From: Macrostomum lignano
Lineage: Eukaryota
NCBI GenBank assembly: GCA_002269645.1
Contig: NIVC01000608.1
Location: 248,001-312,000, forward strand
Direction of reading: 5' to 3'
Length of the DNA: 64,000 nucleotides
This document shows, piece by piece, positions 1 through 9,544 of the stretch. Below the pieces are notes generated by a model. It was not told the origin of the DNA. It worked only from the letters and a program-made list of their open reading frames with translations, and did no database searches. Position numbers and translations under genes: made by a program. Positions within the stretch are counted from its first letter, which is position 1; every line of letters begins with the position of its first letter.

Positions 1-219
1 CTAGGTCAGGACGCCGATTTGAGGCGTCGAGTTTTTGGTCGATTGCGCGACCGCCTACCGACCGGGGCCAGGGTTGAACTGTCCCTACTGCACTATCGGG
101 CCGCCAATGGTACTCTGGTGTTCTCCGTCTGCGACACAAGTCTGCTGCCTGAGTCTGCGGTTGCCGCCTGCACAGCTGCTGATCAGAGTACTTACTCTAG
201 CGTTGATGAAGATGATTAA
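1..219 (+). CDS. 3' terminal coding exon fragment of an unidentified gene (frame open from base 1)
   Basis: GC-rich frame open from position 1 to TAA at 217-219 (LGQDADLRRRVFGRLRDRLPTGARVELSLLHYRAANGTLVFSVC...DEDD*). Abrupt switch to AT-rich sequence afterwards; AATAAA at 352-357. Confidence 0.6.
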   Translation, partial: LGQDADLRRRVFGRLRDRLPTGARVELSLLHYRAANGTLVFSVCDTSLLPESAVAACTAADQSTYSSVDEDD

Positions 220-486
220 ACTTTGCCTGTCATATTTTCAGCTTTTAATAATCTCCGATGCATTATGCACAATTTTAAAAGTTTAAAAACAAATTTATGC
301 ATTTTTGTGTTGGCGTTTAATGGTGCTGTATTATAATAACTATTGCAATTTAATAAAGTACATGCTTTTTAATACGAGAAAGGTCAACGTGTTTTGATTT
401 TGATGTTTGACTTGATTTTCATATCATTTCTACGCTAATTTGGGTTATTTTATCTATGCATGCATAGTAATAGGGTTTGTAGGCTT

Positions 487-2012
487 CTGAGGATCTGGAA
501 GGCTGGCCCAGCAACTGAGGATCTGGGAGGGCGGCCCAGCAACTGAGGATCTGGGAGGGAGGCCCAGTAACTGAGGATCTGAGAGGGAGGCCCAGTAACT
601 GAGTATCTGAGAGGGAGGCCCAGTAACTGAGTATCTGAGAGGGAGGCCCAGCAACTGAGGATCTGGGAGGCTGACCCAGAAACTGAGGATCTGGGAGGCT
701 GGCCCAGCAACTGATGATCTGGGAGGCTGGCCCAGAAACTGAGGATCTGGGAGGGTGGCCCAGCAAGTGAGGATCTGGGAGGGAGGCCCAGCAACTGAGG
801 ATCTGGGAGGGAGGCCCAGCAAGTGAGGATCTGAGTAACTGAGGATCTGGGAGGGCGGCCCAGCAACTGAGAATCTGGGAGGGCGGCCCAGCAACTGAGG
901 ATCTGGGAGGCTGGCCCAGCAACTGAGGATCTGGGAGGGCGGCCCAGCAACTGAGGATCTGGGAGGGCGGCCCAGCAACTGATGATCTGGGAGGGCGGCC
1001 CAGCAACTGAGAATCTGGGAGGGCGGCCCAGCAACTGAGAATCTGGGAGGGAGGCCCAGCAAGTGAGGATCTGAGTAACTGAGGATCTGGGAGGGCGGCC
1101 CAGCAACTGAGAATCTGGGAGGGCGGCCCAGCAACTGAGGATCTGGGAGGCTGGCCCAGCAACTGAGGATCTGGGAGGGCGGCCCAGCAACTGAGGATCT
1201 GGGAGGGCGGCCCAGCAACTGATGATCTGGGAGGGCGGCCCAGCAACTGAGAATCTGGGAGGGCGGCCCAGCAACTGAGAATCTGGGAGGGAGGCCCAGC
1301 AAGTGAGGATCTGAGTAACTGAGGATCTGGGAGGGCGGCCCAGCAACTGAGAATCTGGGAGGGCGGCCCAGCAACTGAGGATCTGGGAGGCTGGCCCAGC
1401 AACTGAGGATCTGGGAGGGCGGCCCAGCAACTGAGGATCTGGGAGGGCGGCCCAGCAACTGATGATCTGGGAGGGCGGCCCAGCAACTGAGAATCTGGGA
1501 GGGCGGCCCAGCAACTGAGAATCTGGGAGGGCGGCCCAGCAACTGAGAATCTGGGAGGGCGGCCCAGCAACTGAGAATCTGGGAGGGCGGCCCAGCAACT
1601 GAGGATCTGGGAGGCTGGCCCAGCAACTGAGGATCTGGGAGGCTGGCCCAGCAACTGAGAATCTGGGAGGCTGGCCCAGCAACTGAAAATCTGGGAGGGC
1701 GGCCCAGCAACTGAGGATCTGGGAGGGAGGCCCAGCAACTGAGGATCTGGGAGGGAGGCCCAGCAACTGAGAATCTGGGAGGGCGGCCCAGCAACTGAGG
1801 ATCTGGGAGGGAGGCCCAGCAACTGAGAATCTGGGAGGGCGGCCCAGCAACTGAGGATCTGGGAGGGAGGCCCAGCAACTGAGGATCTGGGAGGGAGGCC
1901 CAGCAACTGAGGATCTGGGAGGGAGGCCCAGCAACTGAGTATCTGAGAGGGAGGCCCAGCAACTGAGGATCTGGGAGGCTGGCCCAGCAGCTGAGGATCT
2001 GGGAGGGCGGCC
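487..2012. repeat. 28-bp minisatellite (AACTGAGGATCTGGGAGGGCGGCCCAGC) with a 240-bp higher-order repeat
   Basis: Tandem units read directly; sequence starting at 841, 1081 and 1321 is identical. Confidence 0.97.
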
Positions 2013-2155
2013 GTGGCCCAGCCAGCCTTAACCTGACCAAATGCCAAAGATGGATTAGAAGCAGTGTATGTAGAGCAATCATATAAGATAGAATATAAAC
2101 AAAGTGCATTCAAGCATTCAAGTATTGGAGCTAATAATAAGGCGACACCGATTGC

Positions 2156-3028
2156 ATGAAATCTTCGCCATCAAAACAGCCGGCGAATTCGTCGGACGCG
2201 GAGGCCGCCTCCAATTCGGACGATTTCCGCGTCCACCGGGTGAATTTCCACCGGCCAGACCTGCACCCGGTGAACTGCGCCGCCTACAAGAGCGGCCGTC
2301 TGGCCGTGGCCCGGGCTGACGCCTCCGTGGAGATCTACAGCGAGCGGGACGGATTCTATCTGGACCGTCGGGTACCCGGCTGCCTGCTGAAATCTGTCGA
2401 AGGTCTCTGCTGGCTGAATGGCCGCCTATTCTGCACCGGTTTGAGCGGATTCGTGTACGAGATTGACTTGGCCAGTTGCGATGTCCGGCGCTCCGTCAGC
2501 AGCCACACCGACGGCAACTGGTGCATCGCCGGCCAGTCGGCCAGTGGCCGTCTAGCCGTTGGCAGCGACTCCGGCGCCGTGGTTGCTTTGGAAACCGAGG
2601 ACGACGATCTGCGTCTTGGCGCCACTCTCGGCCGCCTATCTGGCCGAGTGTTGTCTCTGGCCTGGCATCGCGTCGTCCAGTCGGACAGCTTGGACAGTTC
2701 GGACGGCGGCGCTCCGGCTCTGGCCGCCGGCAGCGTCAATTGCATCTTCCTGCTGTCCGGCCGGCCTGGCGACTCGGCCGCTCGACGATTGCCGTTGGCG
2801 CGTCGGGGCCGACGCATCGACACCCTGGCCTGGTCGGTGTTATTCCTCGGCGACGCACTGGTGTCCGGCGACTCGGCCGGCTGCGTCACAATCTGGGACT
2901 CGATTAGCGGCGCCCAGGTCCGGCTTTTCCACAGTCACCGGGCCGACGTGCTCGCCTTGGCGCCAACCAGAGACAGACAGAGCTTCTTTGCTGCCGGCGT
3001 TGACCCGACTGTGCAGCGGTTCGATTTG
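2156..3028 (+). CDS. UTP4: UTP4/cirhin (U3 snoRNP WD40 protein), exon 1
   Basis: FRVHRVNF...RLAVARADASVEIY...EGLCW...RVLSLAWH...WSVLFLGDALVSGDSAGCVTIWD matches the cirhin N-terminus. Phase-0 donor TTG|GTGAGA at 3028/3029. Confidence 0.88.
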
Positions 3029-3123
3029 GTGAGAGACCTGCTGACCTGCGGTTCGACTCCTGACCAACAGACTTAGCTACTTGACCACTGACACACAGAC
3101 ACGACTCTCCAACCACTTATTCA

Positions 3124-3560
3124 CCGACCCACTGACCCACTAAGAGACACAGTTCTCCGACCCACTGACCCACTAAGAGACACAGTTCTCCGACCCACTG
3201 ACCCACTAAGAGACAGTTCTCCGACCCACTGACCCACTAAGAGAGACAGTTCTCCGACCCACTGACCCACTAAGAGACACAGTTCTCCGACCCACTGACC
3301 CACTAAGAGACACAGTTCTCCGACCCACTGACCCACTAAGAGACAGTTCTCCGACCCACTGACCCACTAAGAGACACAGTTCTCCGACCCACTGACCCAC
3401 TAAGAGAGACAGTTCTCCGACCCACTGACCCACTAAGAGACAGTTCTCCGACCCACTGACCCACTAAGAGACACAGTTCTCCGACCCACTGACCCACTAA
3501 GAGACACAGTTCTCCGACCCACTGACCCACTAAGAGACACAGTTCTCCGACCCACTAAGA
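3124..3560. repeat. 33-bp (31-bp variant) minisatellite in the UTP4 intron
   Basis: Unit CCGACCCACTGACCCACTAAGAGACACAGTTCT; successive copies start at 3124 and 3157. Confidence 0.95.
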
Positions 3561-3611
3561 GACACGATTTACTGGCTTATTGACCCATTGACCCGCTCAC
3601 TGGCCATGCAG

Positions 3612-5429
3612 GTGACCCAGCTGCCGGATACCGCCGATACCAACGACAGTAGCGGGCCGGTGCTGCCCGCCTCCCGCTGGGAGATGGCCTGGTCAACCCG
3701 AGAGCTGTCGCATGACGTGCGCGCACTGTGCTGCTCTAAGCGCCACCTGGTCACAGGCGGCACCAACTGCCGTCTGGTGCTATTCGAACTGGCCAGCCTG
3801 CGCCAGCACCAGCACCAGGGCCGTTGGAAAAACCGACGGCGGCGCTGCAAAATTCGCCTCGGCTGGCCGCTGACGTTCGCGCCTCGGCCGGCCGCCTCGA
3901 TTCGCTGCTGCTGCCCCGGGCCGCTGGCGCTGATGCGCAACTCGGACAGGATCCGGTTGTACCGCCTTGGCGACACCGAGGCCAGGGGGCGGGACGGACT
4001 GGCCGGCTTCGCGCAGCTGGACTCGCTGCCGCTGTCGGCCGAGCCCCGACTCCTGTTGGAGCTGCTGCCGCCAGACGGCCAGGAGGTGATCTGCGCCGAT
4101 GTCGGGCATCGGGGAAGCCGGCTGGTTTATTCCGATGCAAAGAAATTGCGACTGTTTGAACTGGTTGACCAGCCTGTCATTGGTGCCGATGCGGCTGTTG
4201 CCGATATTGGCCTTCGGCCTGTCCGGCTGCCGCTTCCGGAAGCAGCCGACCAGCCGGCTTTGTCAGTCTGCTTCACTGAGGCCGGCTACCTGTTGTGCCT
4301 CGGCCGCGACCGTCAGCTCCGCTGTCTGTCCTCAGCCAACGGCGCTCTGCTCGGCTCCGCGCGGCCCAGCGTTGCCGACGGCGCCGTGACGGCCCACCTG
4401 CTAGCTGGCCGAGACCGCCTAGCCGCCCTGGGTACGCATGAAGGTCACGTGCTGGTCTACGGCCTGCCAGACTGCGGCCAGCTGGCCCAGCTAGGCCGCG
4501 GCAGACGCTGCTGCCAGCCAACAGCGATGGCAATGCATCCTAGCAAGCGCAAACTGTTTGTAGCTTATTCCGATCGCAGCATCGCTCTCTACGATGTTGA
4601 TAAACAGGCGGCCAATCCTTGGTGCATGAATTTCAACGCCTACGTGAGCCCGGAGTGGCATCATCTGGGCCATTTCCTGCACGCTGTGTACGCATCGCCT
4701 GGCAAAGTGCTGCTAGCTAATGACAGATTCCTGGTGTCCATCTCTCTGTACCGCACCGTGCCCAGCGCTAATATATTCCGCCCGGATGCGCCAACTGTTT
4801 ACCGTAAGCCACCGGCCACTGCAGCTGAAGACGCTAAACAGCTTCCGGTGGAAGGTGATGCCGGCCAACAACAGGTTGAAGAGATCGAAGAGACTAAAGA
4901 GATCGTTGTTGAGTCCAAAGAGCTGGATAATAATGATGATGATGCTGATAATGATGAAGCAGCTGCAGCCACAGGCCCGGAGGCTGACCAGACGGAGCCT
5001 TCAACCGAGGCGTCGAGCAAGAAATCGCACAGACAGAGCAGTCGCATGCGAAAGCTGATTAGAAAACGCAAGCATTCCACCGGCAGCGCTGCCGATACCG
5101 ACAGTCAGCCAGTTGCTGAGAAGAAAATCACCCAGGAGTCGCAGCCGCCTTCGACTGCTCCTCCTGCGTCAACAGCGCTAACACCAGCCCAAAGCCGCCG
5201 CCGACGCCGCCGTCAGGTGTCGGTCTCCGAAGCCGGCGACGATCGACCAAAATTCTCTCTCGAATTGTCCGCCGGCCAATCCTCGGCCGTGGCCTGGGTG
5301 TCCGGCTTTCAGTTCCTGCTTGGCCTGTGCCAGGTGAGCAAGCGCGACCTGTGCCTAGTCAGCCTGCCGCCCGAGGACTATCTGGCTATGCTGCAGGCGC
5401 CCGCGTTTCGCAAACGATTCGGCGTTTAA
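3612..5429 (+). CDS. UTP4: UTP4/cirhin, exon 2
   Basis: Acceptor ATGCAG|GTG in phase 0. HDVRAL motif, further WD40 repeats, and C-terminus LSLPPEDYLAMLQAPAFRKRFGV* comparable to the cirhin ending ...LPPPIKKKKFGT. Confidence 0.85.
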   Translation: MTQLPDTADTNDSSGPVLPASRWEMAWSTRELSHDVRALCCSKRHLVTGGTNCRLVLFELASLRQHQHQGRWKNRRRRCKIRLGWPLTFAPRPAASIRCCCPGPLALMRNSDRIRLYRLGDTEARGRDGLAGFAQLDSLPLSAEPRLLLELLPPDGQEVICADVGHRGSRLVYSDAKKLRLFELVDQPVIGADAAVADIGLRPVRLPLPEAADQPALSVCFTEAGYLLCLGRDRQLRCLSSANGALLGSARPSVADGAVTAHLLAGRDRLAALGTHEGHVLVYGLPDCGQLAQLGRGRRCCQPTAMAMHPSKRKLFVAYSDRSIALYDVDKQAANPWCMNFNAYVSPEWHHLGHFLHAVYASPGKVLLANDRFLVSISLYRTVPSANIFRPDAPTVYRKPPATAAEDAKQLPVEGDAGQQQVEEIEETKEIVVESKELDNNDDDADNDEAAAATGPEADQTEPSTEASSKKSHRQSSRMRKLIRKRKHSTGSAADTDSQPVAEKKITQESQPPSTAPPASTALTPAQSRRRRRRQVSVSEAGDDRPKFSLELSAGQSSAVAWVSGFQFLLGLCQVSKRDLCLVSLPPEDYLAMLQAPAFRKRFGV

Positions 5430-5710
5430 TAACCGAATGACGTGTGTTTCTGCATTATCATTGCTGTTTCCCTTCGTTAATAACTGCTTTCACAAGTACT
5501 TTGTGTACTTTGCGGCTAGAATAATACACGAATTTGATTGACGTTAAGACAGGCAGTACGTCTGCGAGTTGAGAGTTTTCATTGCTTTCGTGTCTGCATT
5601 TTGCCTAGATGGCTGGGCTTCTGTTTGCAGTTACTGGAATTCAATTCTGCTGCGGACTCGCATTGGCTTTATAATGATTTTTTCTCAGTTTTATGCGCTG
5701 TCTGATTTAG

Positions 5711-5769
<59 letters not shown>

Positions 5770-5900
5770 TTGTCTGTCTCTTTGTCTGTCTGTCTCTTTG
5801 TCTGTCTATCTGTCTGTCTGTGTCTGTCTGTCTGTCTGTCTGTCTCTTTGTCTGTCTGTCTCTTTGTCTGTCTGTCTGTCTGTCTGTGTGTCTGTCTGTC
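5711..5900. repeat. (TCTG)n microsatellite, imperfect
   Basis: Read directly. Confidence 0.97.
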
Positions 5901-6644
5901 TCCTGTTTGCCTCTTTCCATCGGTCTGTCAGCCTCAGTGTCCAATCTTTCCGTCAGCACATCCTCATGGATGCACGCGTGTTTATCAGTCTGCTGTACAT
6001 CAGTCAATCAATTTAATTCTGTGCTTAATTTAGATTTCAACTCTATTTGGCAGGGCTTTCACCTGAGCCTTTACTAAGCCTCAATCCCAGTGGTGCTCAG
6101 ATTTAACCAGCCTGCCGCAGCGCCTCTCCCGAAGTAATGCGCGGCTGCGTTTTATAATGAACTCCCATCTAGACCATTTTGGTCGGTGATTAATGCCAGC
6201 CATTTTTTATAGGCTAATCGAATTATAAGCCGGCTCGAATAGAAGCCTCGGGATGCTGGGCGTAAGCGTGTGCCGCCCCTCTAATCAAGGAAATATTACA
6301 CACTGGATTCCTTACCTATCAGCTGCTTCACTATGATGCATGGTCTACGATATGCATGGTCGTAGACATCAGCTTTTCCGGTTGGCAGAATATTTTTTGT
6401 TATTTTTGGCCACCCCCAGCGTTCGGGCTCTTGGCGCCAGATCGAAAACCCTCCCTTCAGGCGGCAAATACGGATTATCATGTACTGAATATATTGCCAT
6501 TTAAGGCTTTGCAAACTTTCACTATCCTCGATGCGGTGTCTGTCTAACAATAAAAATGGAACTAAAAGGGCGTGGAGCCACCCAGCACAGCTGCTCAAAT
6601 TTCAGTCTCATTATGTCTTAATTGAGAATCTAGCTTTGTCGAGT

Positions 6645-7215
6645 CTCACATCTAATCTCATCGAGTTTTACACATTATCTAATCTCATCGAGTCTCACAT
6701 CTAATCTCATCGAGTCTAGCATTGGCTAATCTCATCGAGTCTTACATCATTTTATCTAATCTCATCGAGTCTCACATCTAATCTCATCGAGTCTCACATA
6801 TAATCTCATCGAGTCTCATCTAATCTCATCGAGTCTCACATCTAATCTCATCGAGTCTAGCATCGGCTAATCTCATCGAGTCTCACATCATTTTATCTAA
6901 TCTCATCGAGTCTCACATCATCTAATCTCGTCGACTCTCACATAATCTAATCTCATCGAGTCTCACATCATTTCATCTAATCTCATCGAGTCTCAAATAA
7001 TTTTATCTAATCTCATCGAGTCTCGCATCATCTAATCTCATCGAGTCTCACATCATCTAATCTCATCGAGTCTCACATCTAATCTCATCGAGTCTCACAC
7101 CATTTTATCTAATCTCATCGAGTCTCACATCATCTAATCTCATCGAGTCTCACACCATCTTATCTAATCTCATCGAGTCTGACATTACCTAATCTCATAG
7201 AGTCTCAAATGTCTA
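6645..7215. repeat. 22-31-bp minisatellite with core ATCTAATCTCATCGAGTCTCAC
   Basis: About 20 tandem copies of the core with variable spacers. Confidence 0.93.
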
Positions 7216-7604
7216 ATATAATATTTTCTCTCAGAATATCAAATTGTCTAATCTACTAACAGAGAATTTCAAAATCGCTAAATCTATTCGTGCAGTTTCA
7301 ACATTGGCAATTTGCTTCGCATGCATAGGAAATGCCAACTGTATAATATTCGAACAGTTCATGCATTCAGGCCTAGCGGAAGTCCATCGCTGAACTAACA
7401 ACCCCATATAGCCAGTGTTACCATAGTAGTGCAAGGCGGCTCGCAGGCGCGACAGCAGGTGGCACCTTGATAATTGAATTCTTTGATACAGCTGAGGCGC
7501 ATCTCTGCAGACTCCCTGATGACGCCAATCAATCACTGAAGATCGGATCGGACAGCGCGCAAACTTACGCTGCGCCGAGTCCTGAGCAGACACAAGCCAC
7601 AAAT

Positions 7605-7690
7605 GAATGTGGCCGGACACGCGGAATCGAACCCGGGACCGTGGAGTTCATCGCTAAGACAATCATGCGACTGCATCTCGGACACAAGGC
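7605..7690 (-). mobile_element. Degenerate tRNA-derived / SINE-head-like sequence
   Basis: Minus strand reads GTGTCCGAG (A-box-like) ... CCCGGGTTCGATTCCG (B-box). No complete cloverleaf could be built. Confidence 0.3.
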
Positions 7691-7913
7691 TCTGCTTGCT
7701 TCATCTGCAATAGGAGAGTTCAGAATCCGAGCCGTTATAAATGTAGTGCTTTAAAAACCCAAGCTTCCTGTAATGAATTTGTGGCGAAACAGAAGTTTCT
7801 GAAACAGAAAAGATCGGCTTTGAACAGCTGGAACCGCTGCGAAAAAATAAATTGGAGACATGCAGTTCTCAAATCATCTTGGCCTGATGTAGAATAACTT
7901 AAATGGAGCCGTA

Positions 7914-8110
7914 TCCTTGTGGTCTAGCGCGGCGCTCTGATGTGCCAGCGGCCCAGGCTCGATTCCAAGAAGAATCGCTTTCATATCTCCGACAGCACAC
8001 TAGTTCCTGACCCCAACCATTGAGGGCCAACCCCCCCCCCCGAGTCGGCGGAATGGGTGGTTAATGCCTCTCGCCGGTTGTGTGACAAAGATACCTTCAA
8101 TAAAAATGTA
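7914..8110 (+). mobile_element. tRNA-Glu-derived pseudogene or SINE head with possible body
   Basis: TCCTTGTGGTCTAGCG-CGGCGCTCTGATGTGCCAGCGGCCCAGGCTCGATTCC resembles tRNA-Glu(CTC) with a D-arm deletion; ends in AATAAAAA near 8100. Confidence 0.45.
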
Positions 8111-8934
8111 TCTAAAATGCACGCGGCTGGTTGAATTTGATCCGTTTCGAAAGCCTAAGAGAGATCGAATCTAAAAAATACAGCTTTTTGACTCAGTAGA
8201 ATCTTCAGCTTGAATTTGGAGAGCGCCCTGCCCTGGTTGAGTGCTCTTCGCCATCTTCTTTTTAGCTCTGCAAGGCCTACTGGAACAATTAAGAGGCTAC
8301 AAGCAGCTCGAGTATGCGTTTGAAACGGAAGCCCATGAAGCTACATGATGTATACTCGTAGTATTGCTTGGATGAAAGAATTGGCATCTATCTCCAGATT
8401 ATCTCCCTCTGGGGGCATGAGTATGCTGAGGACAGAACAGACCTAGAGAGCGGGGTGGATGGCAGTTTTGCTGTCAGACTCGTAATTCCCCTGGCATTGA
8501 CCCGATCATGCATGCATGTGGATGGGGGGGTACAGGGAAATCGGGCAGTTTAAGCCCAGGGGAGCTGGCATTGTCTACTCGGCCTAGCAACAGAGTATTT
8601 ACCTTGTAAAGCTTCGAAGATTAGCCCCGTGCAGCTGCAGGCCAAGACAGCTCATAATTAAGTTTGCCTGAGCAAAATCTGATGCAGTATGCCTATGTAA
8701 GGATTTCGGTGAGACCTTTGCTTTCTACGGCTCTATAGTGCAGTCCTTCCTTGTCAACGGCACTGCTCTAGGTAAAAACACAGTGATTAATATAAACACT
8801 ACTCAGGGCGCTGCAGTTCCCGCTCCTGACCTTGTCCTCTAATTAGACGTGTATTTAGGAGTTTAGTAGTACATTTAGAATCAAAGTCAACAGATCCCTG
8901 CGTTTCGGAAAGAAAACGCAACGATTCAACAATA

Positions 8935-9235
8935 CCCGCTGTGCTTGATGCACTGAGTGGGTGGGGGACTGGGTCCCGCTGTGCATGATGCACTGAGTGG
9001 GTGGGGGACTGGGTCCCGCTGTGCATGATGCACTGAGTGGGTGGGGGCCTGGGGGCCGCTGTGCATGATGCACTGAGTGGGTGGGGGACTGGGTCCCGCT
9101 GTGCTTGATGCACTGAGTGGGTGGGGGACTGGGTCCCGCTGTGCTTGATGCACTGAGTGGGTGGGGGACTGGGTCCCGCTGTGCATGATGCACTGAGTGG
9201 GTGGGGGACTGGGTCCCGCTGTGCTTGATGCACTG
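8935..9235 (+). repeat. 40-bp satellite, left part (interrupted by the LTR element)
   Basis: Unit CCCGCTGTGCATGATGCACTGAGTGGGTGGGGGACTGGGT. Confidence 0.97.
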
Positions 9236-9407
9236 TGTTGTGTTGCTACTCAATGTGTGTGTGTAGTTGTGTGTACGTTCGTTGTACATCTGTTAGCTAT
9301 CGATCGCATTACAATATATGATATATAAGTGAGAGCGCGGTGAGTTTGAGAGCTTGAGAGTTTCGCCTACAAACTTGCAGACTGGCTGGCTTATTCATTA
9401 TACAACA
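9236..9407 (+). repeat. 5' LTR (172 bp)
   Basis: Direct repeat of 13495-13666. Confidence 0.96.
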
Positions 9408-9544
9408 TTGGCGTCGCAAGCTAAAACCAACACCCACCCCAATTAGCCGGGGTTGGAGTCAGTCTGAGTGAAGTGTCTGCAAAACACACGCCAAGCCAAC
9501 ACAAGTTGCTACAACAGCACCAAACTGCAAAAGTGCAAACTAAA

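Noticed and set aside
419-2113. Three 494-564 aa minus-strand ORFs
   Set aside because: All are translations of the 28-bp minisatellite; the same peptide appears in all frames.
2145-2158. ATTGCATG at the UTP4 start resembling the 3' end of a flatworm spliced leader as recalled
   Set aside because: An 8-nt match only, with the rest of the leader absent; cannot be distinguished from chance.
9408-9425. Gypsy PBS matching one of the local tRNA-Arg genes
   Set aside because: The PBS reads TGGCGTCGCAAG, whereas tRNA-Arg(ACG) would give TGGCGACCACG; only the first 5 nt agree. The primer tRNA is unidentified.
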